Of a stretch of DNA of 63,083 nt, positions 25,295 through 36,199 are shown one piece after another. This DNA comes from Ignavibacteria bacterium (GTDB lineage: Bacteria > Elusimicrobiota > Endomicrobiia > PHAN01). A model generated the notes under the pieces. It had not been told where the DNA came from, did not search any database, and saw only the letters and a list, made by a program, of their open reading frames with translations. The stretch covers positions 1 to 63,083 of the forward strand of contig JBGFRZ010000054.1 in NCBI GenBank assembly GCA_041694835.1, in the 5' to 3' direction. How positions within the stretch are numbered: position 1 is the first letter of the stretch; each line of letters starts with the position of its first letter. The position numbers and the translations under genes are program-made.

Positions 25295-26704
25295 ATGGGA
25301 AACAAAGAACTGGAAAATGAACTTCGCCGAAAGGTAATTGATTCGGCAATCAGATATTATGAATTCAAGTATAAAAATAAAAAGTCTTTCAAACCAGGCG
25401 ACCGCATACCTTATGCAAGTCGTGTATTTGATGAAAAGGAGATTTCTAATCTTATAGAATCAGCTCTTGATTTCTGGCTTACCACCGGCAGATATGCTGA
25501 AAGTTTTGAGAAGGAGTTTGCAGAGTTTCTCGGCGTTAAACATTGCTCTCTTACAAATTCCGGCTCATCTGCTAATCTTCTTGCTTTTATGGCATTGACA
25601 TCGCCAAAACTTGGAGAAAGAAGAATAAAAAAGGGTGACGAAGTAATCACTGTGGCAGCAGGTTTTCCAACCACTGTGACCCCGATTATACAGTACGGTG
25701 CAGTTCCGGTCTTTGTGGACATTACACTTCCATCATACAACATTGACTGCAATCAATTAGAAGCAGCTCTATCGGAAAAAACAAAAGCCATAATGGTTGC
25801 CCATACTCTTGGGAATCCTTTTGACCTGAATGCTGTAAAAGGTTTTTGTGACAAGCACAACCTCTGGCTGATTGAAGACAACTGCGATGCCCTCGGAAGC
25901 AAATATAGAAGATTGGAAGATTTGATGATTGGGAGTTCAACTACTCCTCCAACCCTCCAATCCTCCAACCCTCCAACCTTCCAATACACAGGCACTTTCG
26001 GACACATAGGCACCTCCAGCTTCTACCCTCCTCACCATATAACTATGGGAGAAGGAGGCGCGGTTTACACAAACGATAATCTGCTCAAGAGATTGATTGA
26101 ATCTTTCCGTGACTGGGGCAGGGATTGCTGGTGCGCTTCCGGGAAGGATAATACCTGTGGAAAACGTTTTGATTGGCAACTCGGGGAACTACCCTATGGT
26201 TATGACCATAAATATATCTATTCTCATTTTGGGTATAATCTAAAAGTCACCGACATGCAGGCAGCCATCGGCTGCGCCCAATTAGAAAAACTGCCGGGCT
26301 TTATTGAGGCAAGGAAAAGAAACTGGAAGATGTTAAGAGAGGGATTAGATGATTTATCCAATGTTTTTATCTTGCCAGAGCCTACGCCAAATTCTGAGCC
26401 AAGCTGGTTTGGGTTTATCCTCACTGTTAAAGAAAATACAGGTTTCTTGAGGGATGATATTGTGAAGTATTTAGAAGAAAATGGAATACAGACACGAATG
26501 CTTTTTGCAGGCAATCTTATAAAACACCCCTGTTTTGATGAGATAAGAACGACGGGAGAAGGGTATAGGGTTGTGGGAAGCCTTGAGAATACCGACAGGA
26601 TTATGAGAGATACCTTCTGGGTTGGAGTCTATCCTGGGATGACTAAAGAAATGATTCTCTATATGATAGAGAAGATTCGTGATTTTTGTGAGGGTAAATC
26701 ATAA
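25295..26704 (+). CDS. rfbH: CDP-4-keto-6-deoxyglucose 3-dehydratase (E1, RfbH/DdhC-like) carrying an in-frame repeat insertion
   Basis: DegT-fold with His at the PLP-lysine position ([14 protein letters not shown]) and a Cys cluster [16 protein letters not shown]. Confidence 0.8.
   Translation: MGNKELENELRRKVIDSAIRYYEFKYKNKKSFKPGDRIPYASRVFDEKEISNLIESALDFWLTTGRYAESFEKEFAEFLGVKHCSLTNSGSSANLLAFMALTSPKLGERRIKKGDEVITVAAGFPTTVTPIIQYGAVPVFVDITLPSYNIDCNQLEAALSEKTKAIMVAHTLGNPFDLNAVKGFCDKHNLWLIEDNCDALGSKYRRLEDLMIGSSTTPPTLQSSNPPTFQYTGTFGHIGTSSFYPPHHITMGEGGAVYTNDNLLKRLIESFRDWGRDCWCASGKDNTCGKRFDWQLGELPYGYDHKYIYSHFGYNLKVTDMQAAIGCAQLEKLPGFIEARKRNWKMLREGLDDLSNVFILPEPTPNSEPSWFGFILTVKENTGFLRDDIVKYLEENGIQTRMLFAGNLIKHPCFDEIRTTGEGYRVVGSLENTDRIMRDTFWVGVYPGMTKEMILYMIEKIRDFCEGKS
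25907..25984 (+). repeat. 78-nt in-frame palindromic word-repeat insertion inside rfbH-like CDS
   Basis: agaagattggaagatttgatgattgggag ... ctcctccaaccctccaatcctccaaccctccaaccttccaa. It encodes [26 protein letters not shown]. attggaag pairs with cttccaat. Confidence 0.75.
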
Positions 26705-27259
26705 ATGCAATTTGATATAAAACAAACAAAAATACCACATTGTTTTGAACTTTTACCAAGGTTTTTCAGAGATGAACGTGGTTCTTTTGTAAAGACTTTC
26801 CATGTAGATGTTTTTAAACAATATGGGATAGAGACACATTTTGCAGAGGAATATTATTCATTTTCACATAAAAGGGTCTTGAGGGGATTGCATTTTCAAC
26901 TGCCGCCGATGGACCATGTGAAGTTAGTTTATTGTGTGTATGGAAGATTGTTGGATGTAGTAGTCGACTTAAGGGTTGGTTCTCCAACTTATGGTGAGTT
27001 TGAAACCTTTGAACTGAGTGCTGAACAATCTAACATGGTTTATATTCCAAAAGGCTTGGCACATGGCTTTTATGTGATGAGTGAAGGTGCGGTTATGATG
27101 TATAAGGTTACAACAGTTTATTCTCCAGAACATGATACCGGGATTTTGTGGAATTCCATAGGTATCCCATGGCCTGATGAAAAACCTATTATTTCTAAAA
27201 GGGATAGTGAATTTTTGGGCTTTAAAGATTTCAAAAGCCCTTTTATTTATCGAAAATGA
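26705..27259 (+). CDS. RmlC-family sugar 3,5- (or 5-) epimerase (AscE-like)
   Basis: FRDERGSFVKTF, LRGLHFQ and GLAHGF cupin motifs. Confidence 0.8.
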   Translation: MQFDIKQTKIPHCFELLPRFFRDERGSFVKTFHVDVFKQYGIETHFAEEYYSFSHKRVLRGLHFQLPPMDHVKLVYCVYGRLLDVVVDLRVGSPTYGEFETFELSAEQSNMVYIPKGLAHGFYVMSEGAVMMYKVTTVYSPEHDTGILWNSIGIPWPDEKPIISKRDSEFLGFKDFKSPFIYRK

Positions 27260-28185
27260 AAAGTGAGAGAGTCGCTTTAGTTACAGGTGCTACTGGATTT
27301 GTTGGTTCACATCTTGCTAAACGGTTAGTTAATGATGGATGGAATGTGCATATAGTTGTCCGTCCACAATCTAATCTTGACATTATTTCGGACATAATAG
27401 AAAAATTGACCATCCACAGGCATGATGGGACGACCGAGGGAATACTTGGTATTCTGAATGAGGCGAAACCGAAAATTGTCTTTCATTTAGCCTCTCTTTT
27501 CCTTGCTGAGCACCAAACGAAGGACATTGAGTCATTAATAAAAAGTAATATCTTATTTGGCACTCAACTTATAGAGGCAATGGTAAGGAACGAGATATAT
27601 AAATTGATTAATACCGGCACATCGTGGCAGCATTATAATAATGAAGATTACAATCCTGTAAATTTATATGCCGCGACAAAACAGGCATTTGAAGCTATTT
27701 TGAAGTTTTATATAGAGACAACGCCATTGAGAGCGATTACCTTAAAACTCTTTGATACCTATGGTCCAAATGACCCGAGACCAAAACTCTTTACTTTACT
27801 GAGAAGAGTTGCATCAGAGAACAATTCACTTGCGATGTCGCCAGGAAACCAACTTGTAGATCTTGTGTATATTGATGATGTAGTTGAAGCGTTTATACAT
27901 GCAGCAGTAAGATTGCTCGAAAATAAAGTCCAAAACCATGAGCGATATGCGGTGTCATCTGGTAAACCTATAAAACTTATAGATATCGTGAAAGTATATG
28001 AAAAAATCATCGGGCGAGAATTACCAATTCAATGGGGCGGTAAACCATATAGGAATCGTGAAGTAATGAAACCGTGGCTAAATTATAAGGTCTTACCTGT
28101 CTGGAAGCCAAATATCAGTTTAGAAGAAGGTATAAAGAAATGTACAATAGTAACACATCAAACGCAAAATAGATTTGAAGATTAA
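27256..28185 (+). CDS. SDR sugar 4-reductase (CDP-abequose/paratose/ascarylose synthase-like)
   Basis: VTGATGFVGSHL and YAATK. Lies in the context after the E1 and epimerase genes. Confidence 0.65.
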   Translation: MKSERVALVTGATGFVGSHLAKRLVNDGWNVHIVVRPQSNLDIISDIIEKLTIHRHDGTTEGILGILNEAKPKIVFHLASLFLAEHQTKDIESLIKSNILFGTQLIEAMVRNEIYKLINTGTSWQHYNNEDYNPVNLYAATKQAFEAILKFYIETTPLRAITLKLFDTYGPNDPRPKLFTLLRRVASENNSLAMSPGNQLVDLVYIDDVVEAFIHAAVRLLENKVQNHERYAVSSGKPIKLIDIVKVYEKIIGRELPIQWGGKPYRNREVMKPWLNYKVLPVWKPNISLEEGIKKCTIVTHQTQNRFED

Positions 28186-28249
28186 AATAGTTTCCACAAG
28201 GCAATTTTTTAGCGAGCCATTATTGGTTATTGGGTTAATTGTGAAAAAA

Positions 28250-29854
28250 ATGTGTGATATAATTGAAAGCAAAGTAGAATTACCGACAAAAAGAACTTTA
28301 TATGCCGGTTTAGGCATGTTTGTAAATATAGGAGTAAAGGTTATAGTAAATCTGATTTTGGTTCGTATAGTACTTGAATATTTAGGACCATCTCAATTCG
28401 GTATTTGGGTTATTTTACAAAGTATCGTCATGTACTTGGGGTTGTCGGAGATCGGTTTGGGGCAGACAATAATGAATTATCAAGGAGAAGCATATGCCTT
28501 GAATAATGTAAATAAAATAAATATTTTGCTGACTACGGCATTTGGCCTATATTGGCTAATAGTCATTCCTGTATGGTTGTTGGGTTCACTAATTATCTTA
28601 TTTTTTCCGCTATCTAATTTATTATTGTACAATCCTTCTATTGAAATTAGTAGTTTGTTTTCTTGGGGTTTATTTATTTTTATGACTACGACGCTGCTTA
28701 CAATACCGTTTACTACTTTTCTCGCAACATTATCAGGGTTTCGGGATTTGCATACGAGGCAATTATATGAATTATTCTTGCCGCCCACAGTATTATTAAC
28801 TGCATTTGTAACACTTTATATTGGTGGAAATATTTTTGTATTAATTATTGTAACGGGAATAACACAGTTGTCCTTTGGAATTGGTTCATATTTTATATTG
28901 AGAAAACGTTACCCATATATTAGATTATCGCAAAAATATTGGGATCCTCAATTACTTCTTTTGCTGCTATCAAATTCGTTCTTTTTTTTTCTGATAAGTA
29001 TTACTTTAGTTATTCAACGTACAAGTGGCAATCTTCTTGTAGGACGTTTTACCGAATTGCCTAATATAACACAAGTATTTTCAATATTTTTGGTTTTTAG
29101 GATTTTTGGGTGGTCATTTGTTGATCTGTTTTCGCGCGCAATACAACCATATATAATTTTATTTGGGACAAGAAATGAAGTGGAAAAGTTGTTTTTTTTC
29201 GTAAAACTATCTTCAAAAATTAGCTTTATGCTGTCAATAATATTTGCTGCTGAATTTTGGATTTTTGGAAAAGATTTTTTACGATTGTGGCTCGGTTCAA
29301 ATAGTTTTATAGGATACGGACCGTTAGCGCTGCTAATTGGTTCATTCTTGATTGATGTTTTTTATTTACCTGTAAATAATTTTCTGGTTGCATTAAACAG
29401 ACACAAGAGACTATCTTTTGCTATGTTAATATATTCAATCTTAACTTTATCCTTTGGAGTTCTTGGGGCAAATATAATCAGTAGCGCTCCAATATTGGGA
29501 ATATGTGCAGGCTTTTTTGCAGCAAGTGTATTTGGGCAAGGTATTATCTTGATAATCGTTTGCGCAAAAGAATTTAAAATGAAGATTTTTAAATATCTTA
29601 GAGAATTTATTTTACAGCCATTCTTGTTGACAATTTGCGTTATTACGATTATGTATTTTCTCTACTTATCCAGCCCATTGGAAATGTCAAGAAACTTAAC
29701 GTATGGAATATTTATAATGGTTTTTATATTTTCTATTGAATGGATATTTATACTGAATAACAATGAAAGAAAATGGTTAAAGAATAAATTTAACGAAATT
29801 ATTAAACCATTTATACCAAAACACCCATCATCAGGCATATTTAGTATTTACTAA
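28250..29854 (+). CDS. wzx: Wzx-like polysaccharide flippase (MOP superfamily)
   Basis: A multi-TM protein of ~530 aa with the typical N-terminal pattern (LYAGLGMFVNIGVKVIVNLILVRIVLEYLGPSQFGIW). Start at ATG 28250. Confidence 0.7.
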   Translation: MCDIIESKVELPTKRTLYAGLGMFVNIGVKVIVNLILVRIVLEYLGPSQFGIWVILQSIVMYLGLSEIGLGQTIMNYQGEAYALNNVNKINILLTTAFGLYWLIVIPVWLLGSLIILFFPLSNLLLYNPSIEISSLFSWGLFIFMTTTLLTIPFTTFLATLSGFRDLHTRQLYELFLPPTVLLTAFVTLYIGGNIFVLIIVTGITQLSFGIGSYFILRKRYPYIRLSQKYWDPQLLLLLLSNSFFFFLISITLVIQRTSGNLLVGRFTELPNITQVFSIFLVFRIFGWSFVDLFSRAIQPYIILFGTRNEVEKLFFFVKLSSKISFMLSIIFAAEFWIFGKDFLRLWLGSNSFIGYGPLALLIGSFLIDVFYLPVNNFLVALNRHKRLSFAMLIYSILTLSFGVLGANIISSAPILGICAGFFAASVFGQGIILIIVCAKEFKMKIFKYLREFILQPFLLTICVITIMYFLYLSSPLEMSRNLTYGIFIMVFIFSIEWIFILNNNERKWLKNKFNEIIKPFIPKHPSSGIFSIY

Positions 29855-30846
29855 TGAATCCAATTTGTACAATTGCAATACCCGTATATAATAGATATGA
29901 TATTATTTCTAATGCGTTAGATTCATCTTTATCACAGGGAATAGAAAATATAGAGATTTTGGTTATAGATAACTGCTCAACGGATGGAACATGGGAAGTA
30001 TTACAGAGTTACACGGACCGGCGACTGAGAATTATTCGTAATCAGTCTAATGTGGGGCTCTTTGGCAATTTTAATCGTTGTCTTAGTTTAGCAAAAGGTA
30101 AATATTTACGGATTCTTTGCTCTGATGATAGGTTGATTAAAAACTGTCTTGTTTCCGAAGTTAAATATATGGAGAAATATACAAATGCTTCAGTATTAAC
30201 AACTCGCAGTCTCCATGTTGACCAATTTAATAAACCACTAAGGATTGGAGCGGGGCATTTAAATCCTGGAATATATGAAGGTAAGAAAATGATTTGTAAC
30301 GCTTTATGGATTCAGGCATATTATGGTGACAATCCATTAAACTGCCCTTCTGGAATACTAATTAGGCGTGAGGTTGCTGTTAAATGTGGATATTTCAATG
30401 AGAATTTCAGATTTACAGCGGATATGGATTATTGGCTTCGATTGTTAGAATATGGGGATTTAATTGTTTTGTCAGATATCGGTTGTGAAGTTATAGAACA
30501 TCCAGGGCGGGAAGCTCATCGCTTATTTTTAGAGGGGCATTTAATGAGCAATCATTTTGAGATGGTTAAACGTAGAGAAATATTTATTCGTTCTTTTAAT
30601 AAACATCTATATCAAAAAATTATGTACCAAATGGCTGGGAGATGCCTATGGTATGTTTTAAAAACTTTGTGTATGGGTGAATGGCGGTCTGCATATACTC
30701 ATTTAGAAATGATAAAAAAGTATAGATTGTCATATGTTATTGCGATGATTGCTTTGGGTAGGCATGTTATAATTAGATTATATCAAAAGATATCAAATCG
30801 TCGCCATATCTTATATAACTCTTTTATACCTATAACCAATATGTGA
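29854..30846 (+). CDS. Family 2 glycosyltransferase
   Basis: IAIPVYNRYD...LVIDNCSTDGT. Confidence 0.85.
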   Translation: MNPICTIAIPVYNRYDIISNALDSSLSQGIENIEILVIDNCSTDGTWEVLQSYTDRRLRIIRNQSNVGLFGNFNRCLSLAKGKYLRILCSDDRLIKNCLVSEVKYMEKYTNASVLTTRSLHVDQFNKPLRIGAGHLNPGIYEGKKMICNALWIQAYYGDNPLNCPSGILIRREVAVKCGYFNENFRFTADMDYWLRLLEYGDLIVLSDIGCEVIEHPGREAHRLFLEGHLMSNHFEMVKRREIFIRSFNKHLYQKIMYQMAGRCLWYVLKTLCMGEWRSAYTHLEMIKKYRLSYVIAMIALGRHVIIRLYQKISNRRHILYNSFIPITNM

Positions 30847-31916
30847 GTTTTCTGCGTAATAATGTAATGGATGAAAGATTAACTGTGAGTGTTCGTAAAA
30901 TCTTGATAATCTGTTTAAATGGTATGGGCGATGTTATTACTACAACACCGTTAGTACTATCTGTAAGAAATGCTTACCCGGATGCAAAAATATTGATGTT
31001 AGTAAAAAACAAATTTATGGAAAATGTTTTTGGAAATTCAAATATTGTTAATGAGTACATTCATTTTGATGTAAAAAAAAGCAACATCTTTAAAATAATA
31101 AAATTAATAATGCGTTTAAGAACAGAGAATTTTGATTTATCTTTCACGGCAACGGATACCGATTTAACTAAGGGCCCGATTCTGACATATCTTGCAGGTG
31201 TTCCGCACCGAGTTGGGGAGGTCAAAAATCTTGGTACAACAGTATCGAGACATTGTCGTTATAATTATCCAGTTCAGTTAAACTATTCCCAGCATAGAGT
31301 ACAATCAAATCTTGATTTATTTCGAAAAATATCGTCAAAAGAAGTGGTTAGTAAAACATTTTTTGCAATTGAAGAAATTCATGAGAGGAAGAAGAAAGAA
31401 TTTTTATGTAATGTTTTCAAGACAGATGTGCAACAGTATATTATAATTCACCCTGGCTGTAAAGTTCTTGAATCTTTTCGCAGGTGGCCAATTGATAACT
31501 ATTTATTTGTAGCTCGGGAAATCACAATAAAGTATAAAATACCAGTGATATTTGTTGGTGGCGAAGACGAAAGTGATATTTCTTTACTGGTCGATAAAAT
31601 TGCAAATGAACATATCGTTAATGCGATAAATAAATTAGATATTGGGGTGACTGCTGCATTAATTCGAGGGACACGGTTAATGATCGGGAATGATTCGGGA
31701 CTGATGCATATTGCTGGAGCAGTGGGCACGCCAACTGTAAGTTTATTCAGTACCGAGAAACCAATTAGATGTGCTCCATGGGGTACATACAACGAAATTG
31801 TTGAGGTTGCCGGTTCGGCAAAAGAAAACGGAATTTCCGGAATAACAGTTTCGCAGGTCATAGAATGTGTAGAATTATCTATGTTAAAAATTGTTATGGA
31901 GCGAAGTAGAATATAA
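30843..31916 (+). CDS. Family 9 glycosyltransferase (heptosyltransferase-like)
   Basis: ILIICLNGMGDVITTTP and GNDSGLMHIAGAVGTPTVSLF. GTG start; an alternative ATG lies at 30867. Confidence 0.8.
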   Translation: MSFLRNNVMDERLTVSVRKILIICLNGMGDVITTTPLVLSVRNAYPDAKILMLVKNKFMENVFGNSNIVNEYIHFDVKKSNIFKIIKLIMRLRTENFDLSFTATDTDLTKGPILTYLAGVPHRVGEVKNLGTTVSRHCRYNYPVQLNYSQHRVQSNLDLFRKISSKEVVSKTFFAIEEIHERKKKEFLCNVFKTDVQQYIIIHPGCKVLESFRRWPIDNYLFVAREITIKYKIPVIFVGGEDESDISLLVDKIANEHIVNAINKLDIGVTAALIRGTRLMIGNDSGLMHIAGAVGTPTVSLFSTEKPIRCAPWGTYNEIVEVAGSAKENGISGITVSQVIECVELSMLKIVMERSRI

Positions 31917-31934
31917 TATAGAAGTGCTGTTGCT

Positions 31935-32603
31935 ATGAAAATATTTATTTTTGGCCAAATTAAAAAGTTGGCAAGGACCATTTGCCCTTCTATTGTATGG
32001 GTTTGTTTCAAGAAAGTTTTCTATAGAATAACTGGTCGGTTTGTTGGAGAAACTTCTAAAGCAAGAGCACGAAGAAAAAGAGAAAAATTTTTCCAAAAAT
32101 ATTGTCAAGGCAAGGGAATAGATATAGGTTGTGGAGACGATAAATTAACTTGGAAATGTGACGGTTGGGATATGCAAAATGGTGATGCACAATACTTACA
32201 GGGAGTGCCAGATCGGTTTTATGACTTTGTATATAGTTCTCATACTTTAGAACATATGGTAAGTCCAGAAATTGCACTTTCCACGTGGTGGCGTGTTATA
32301 AAAGTAGGGGGCTATTTGCTATTGTATATTCCACATAGAGATCTTTACGAAAGGAACACTACACTGCCATCAAGATGGAATCCTGATCACAAACATTATT
32401 TCCTACTTGACCATGATGAGACACCTTGTACACTTGGTATTGTTCCATTAATAATACGCACTTTGGAAGATGCCGAAATAATATATGCAAAAGTTTGTTC
32501 GGATGGATATATATCTGACAACACAAATAACTGTTGTAATGGTGAGTATTCGATTGAAATTGTAATTCAGAAAAAAGATAAAAAATCAAAGTTGAAGTGG
32601 TGA
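31935..32603 (+). CDS. Class I SAM-dependent methyltransferase
   Basis: GIDIGCGDD...VYSSHTLEHM...VIKVGGYLLLYIP. Confidence 0.7.
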   Translation: MKIFIFGQIKKLARTICPSIVWVCFKKVFYRITGRFVGETSKARARRKREKFFQKYCQGKGIDIGCGDDKLTWKCDGWDMQNGDAQYLQGVPDRFYDFVYSSHTLEHMVSPEIALSTWWRVIKVGGYLLLYIPHRDLYERNTTLPSRWNPDHKHYFLLDHDETPCTLGIVPLIIRTLEDAEIIYAKVCSDGYISDNTNNCCNGEYSIEIVIQKKDKKSKLKW

Positions 32604-32607
32604 CACA

Positions 32608-34005
32608 ATGGAAATAAATATCATGATGTGGTTGATATTAGTAATTTCAGCCATAATAATATTATTTTTTGTTGCAATATCACGATTATCAATATATCGC
32701 AATTATTTTTTTTTATTGATTGTTTTGCAGGCTTTTTTATATCTTAATCTGTCTCCCACAATTTTAATAAATACAGTGGCTGAAACGAGTTTAAAGATGA
32801 TGTATGTATGGGTGCAGTTGCTTTGTGTAGTTTTTTTTCAAATACCGCTACTTTTTATATATCTAATCAGCAAAAATAAAGTGAAGGACTATCAATCAGA
32901 CCATCTGCCAATCATCCTTGTAAACAATAACCGCCAATTAATTTTTTCGCTCGTAATGTTGATTATAAGTATTTTGTTTATATACATAGTAGCACGCTAC
33001 GATTTAATTTTTACAAGAATTGGAAGCGAAGCTAAAGCGCTTAAATATCTTGAGTTGTCGTCGTCTCCATTATGGATAATATTTAGGTTAATAGAAAAAT
33101 CTATATTTTTTGGGGTTGGTATTCTTTTACTAACATATTTTGCGAATAATAAATCCAGTATCAATAGATTCGTAACAACCATTACATTTATAATAACACT
33201 ACTTACATTTGGAATTTATTATCTTATTAATTCAAGACTATTATTTGCACTTTTTCTGGTTTTTATTTTTGGCATCATTGTTTATCAGAGCAAATGGCAA
33301 TTTTTTAAAAAAAAATGGGCGTTAATAGTCCTGTTGATTTTTTTGCCAATTATACTGAGTTATTCTATGCGAGTTACGTCAAATATTAGATATAATTTCT
33401 TTTTTGATGGTGGTGTAAGATTGAAGAATTTTATTCCCTGGTACTCAGCGGAAAATCAAATTGATGATAACCCTTTCAATAGTTTCATTAAAAGAATGGA
33501 TGGCATTGATTTAATGGCACAAGTATCATTAAACATGTCATATTATAACATCCCACTTGGGAAAGCGTGGTCAAATCCGATATTTATGATTTTTGGACTT
33601 TTTATTAATAAAGAAAAAACAGATAAACTCAAATTAACTACGGACACGAGTGCCAAAAATTATCTTATGGAAAATTTTACTGATATAAAATTGCCCGATT
33701 ATTACTCTTGTATGCTCACAGATGCTTATGGGAACTTCTGGATTATAGGTTTAGTTTTTGTTGCTATAGTTTTGGCTAAATTAAGTGCTTATATTGATAA
33801 AAATCTACTCAAACCCCGTTCAACTATTTCGTTAATTCTCAGTATATATCTAATTTCAATTATACTACCATTTGAGCAGGAATTTATTTCTATCTTTATC
33901 ACTATTATTCAAACTTTACCGATTTTACTGTTTGTAATTATTTTAAATCCAATAAATATAAAAACACTTTACAGAAATGGCGGTAAACAAAATGTTTTCG
34001 CGTGA
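32608..34005 (+). CDS. Polytopic membrane protein, candidate O-antigen polymerase (Wzy-like)
   Basis: About 10 or more hydrophobic segments and extreme AT-richness, positioned among the GT genes. No motif-level support. Confidence 0.45.
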   Translation: MEINIMMWLILVISAIIILFFVAISRLSIYRNYFFLLIVLQAFLYLNLSPTILINTVAETSLKMMYVWVQLLCVVFFQIPLLFIYLISKNKVKDYQSDHLPIILVNNNRQLIFSLVMLIISILFIYIVARYDLIFTRIGSEAKALKYLELSSSPLWIIFRLIEKSIFFGVGILLLTYFANNKSSINRFVTTITFIITLLTFGIYYLINSRLLFALFLVFIFGIIVYQSKWQFFKKKWALIVLLIFLPIILSYSMRVTSNIRYNFFFDGGVRLKNFIPWYSAENQIDDNPFNSFIKRMDGIDLMAQVSLNMSYYNIPLGKAWSNPIFMIFGLFINKEKTDKLKLTTDTSAKNYLMENFTDIKLPDYYSCMLTDAYGNFWIIGLVFVAIVLAKLSAYIDKNLLKPRSTISLILSIYLISIILPFEQEFISIFITIIQTLPILLFVIILNPINIKTLYRNGGKQNVFA

Positions 34006-35002
34006 GACATTACTCATTACTGGTGGCACAGGTTCTTTTGGCAATGCCGTATTAACGCGATTTCTGCACACCGATATAAAGGAAATTCGTGTTTTTAGCC
34101 GTGATGAAAAGAAACAAGAAGATATGCGGCTTGAATTAAAAAATGATAAAGTTAAATTTTATATTGGTGATGTGAGGAATTACGAGTCTCTTATATCAGC
34201 GATGTGGGGAGTGGATTATGTCTTCCATGCCGCTGCATTAAAGCAAGTTCCATCGTGTGAATTTTATCCTATGGAAGCTGTGAGGACGAATATTTTGGGT
34301 ACTGAAAATGTTTTGAATGCAGCCATTAACAGTGGGGTTAAAAAGGTTATAGTTTTAAGCACGGATAAATCTGTCTATCCAATTAATGCAATGGGCATAT
34401 CAAAAGCTATGATGGAAAAACTGATGCTTGCCAAGTCAAGAACAGCTGATGATAGCCGGATCACTCTGTCGGGCACAAGATATGGGAATGTGATGGGTTC
34501 TAGAGGCTCTGTCATTCCACTTTTTATAAAACAGATAAAGAGTGGTTCTCCTATTACCGTCACTGACCCAAGTATGACACGTTTTCTTATGTCGCTTGAT
34601 GATGCTGTTGATCTGGTTTTGTATGGATTCCAAAATGCAAAACAGGGTGATATCTTCGTTCACAAAGCTCCTGCTGCGACGATTGGTGATTTGGCTGTGG
34701 CGCTTAAAGAATTGTTTGAATGTAATAATGATATAAAGATTATTGGAACTCGCCACGGAGAAAAGTTGTTTGAAACACTGTTGACACGGGAAGAGATGGT
34801 CAGAGCTGAGGATTGCAAAAAATACTTCAGAATAGTTCCTGATGATAGGGACTTGAATTATGATAAGTATTTTACAGATGGTGAGCAGAATGTGTCGAGC
34901 AGTCATGATTACAACTCGCATAACGTGCAACGATTATCTGTAAATGAAATAAAAGAGACCCTGCTAAAACTTGATTTTGTAAAAAATGAATTGTTTAGAT
35001 AG
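33992..35002 (+). CDS. UDP-N-acetylglucosamine 4,6-dehydratase/5-epimerase (FnlA/CapE-like)
   Basis: MFSRETLLITGGTGSFGNAVL, RVFSRDEKKQ and MGISKAMMEK. Start set at ATG 33992; the track start is 33977. Confidence 0.8.
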   Translation: MFSRETLLITGGTGSFGNAVLTRFLHTDIKEIRVFSRDEKKQEDMRLELKNDKVKFYIGDVRNYESLISAMWGVDYVFHAAALKQVPSCEFYPMEAVRTNILGTENVLNAAINSGVKKVIVLSTDKSVYPINAMGISKAMMEKLMLAKSRTADDSRITLSGTRYGNVMGSRGSVIPLFIKQIKSGSPITVTDPSMTRFLMSLDDAVDLVLYGFQNAKQGDIFVHKAPAATIGDLAVALKELFECNNDIKIIGTRHGEKLFETLLTREEMVRAEDCKKYFRIVPDDRDLNYDKYFTDGEQNVSSSHDYNSHNVQRLSVNEIKETLLKLDFVKNELFR

Positions 35003-35029
35003 GAACATCAGTGAGCGATTTTTTATCTA

Positions 35030-36157
35030 ATGAATTCCTTAAAATTTTCCCGAAAATATCGTGTCAGTATCAATTATTGTGATAGTTATGAAGACATAAA
35101 GATCAATCATGTGCTTGAGAAAACATTCTCCGATTTAGAAATCTCATTTAAGCGCGGCATGAAGGTGCTGATAAAGCCTAATTTGATGTCTCCAGCCAAA
35201 CCTGAAAAAGCAATAACAACACACCCGGTTATTTTAGAAGAAATTTGTAAAATTCTAAAAAAATCAGATGTTGAAATCTTCATCGGTGAAAGTTCTTTTC
35301 ATAAAACAGAGATAGCTTTTGATATATGTCAGATCAGAGCTTTGGGGCGATATGGACAGTTGGTTAATTTTGAAAAGCAGCCCGTACAAATGATGACATT
35401 TAATGATACGATTAAAGAGGTCCCATTGCCTAAGATACTATTTGAAGTGGACTTGATTATTAATGTTGCAAAGTTAAAAACTCATAGCCTTACTGGTGGT
35501 GTTAGTCTTTGTGTTAAAAATCTTTACGGCTGCATTCCCGGTGCTATAAAACAGGGATACCATAAGCTTTTGACGACTCCTCGTTCGTTCTCTAAATTTC
35601 TTGTGCAGCTACATAATAGAATTGTTCCGCAGTTAAATATAATTGATGGTGTAATGGGACTGGAAGGTGATGGGCCTGGTGTTTCTGGAAAACCTATTTG
35701 CTCAAACTTGATTATTGCTGGAAACTCTGCACTTGCCGTTGATATCGTTGCTTCGGAGATTATGGGGTTTAGAGTTAAAGATATATTTACTAATTATTAT
35801 TCCGGTTTATGTCAATCGGACATTGAAACAGTTGGTGATGGACAGGATGTGAGGTTGGATTTTGAAAAACCACTGTCAGCCAGTATTCCATATTTTCAAT
35901 TTTTATCTCGGTTTATACCTAAATCAAGAATTGATTTTAATCTTGAACTTTGTACGAGTTGTGGACTTTGCAGAGATAAATGTCCGTCTTTTGCCATTTC
36001 ACTGGACTCTTTTCCCAAATGTGATAACCGACTGTGCGTACGTTGTTATTGTTGTATGGAAGCCTGTCCCTGTGGTGCGGTCTATCTTCGTGAACACTAC
36101 ATACGCTCCTTATTGAGGAACTTTGCGAAAAAAATGTCTTTCATAAAGAAATATTAG
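35030..36157 (+). CDS. DUF362 domain protein with C-terminal 2x[4Fe-4S] ferredoxin domain
   Basis: KPNL..., AKLKTHSLTGGVSLCVKNLYGCIPG and IIDGVMGLEGDGP, then CTSCGLCRDKCP and CVRCYCCMEACPCGA. Confidence 0.75.
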   Translation: MNSLKFSRKYRVSINYCDSYEDIKINHVLEKTFSDLEISFKRGMKVLIKPNLMSPAKPEKAITTHPVILEEICKILKKSDVEIFIGESSFHKTEIAFDICQIRALGRYGQLVNFEKQPVQMMTFNDTIKEVPLPKILFEVDLIINVAKLKTHSLTGGVSLCVKNLYGCIPGAIKQGYHKLLTTPRSFSKFLVQLHNRIVPQLNIIDGVMGLEGDGPGVSGKPICSNLIIAGNSALAVDIVASEIMGFRVKDIFTNYYSGLCQSDIETVGDGQDVRLDFEKPLSASIPYFQFLSRFIPKSRIDFNLELCTSCGLCRDKCPSFAISLDSFPKCDNRLCVRCYCCMEACPCGAVYLREHYIRSLLRNFAKKMSFIKKY

Positions 36158-36199
36158 TCTGTATTAGACCTCTTTAAAAGAGGACTTGCGGGTACAACT

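Noticed and set aside
31499-32011. Long antisense ORFs: 31499..32011 (170 aa), 16629..17138 (169 aa), 34436..34930 (164 aa), 8066..8503, 17394..17843, 1510..1929 and 52132..52452.
   Set aside because: Each lies fully opposite a confidently identified gene and shows shadow-frame composition. No family resemblance was seen.
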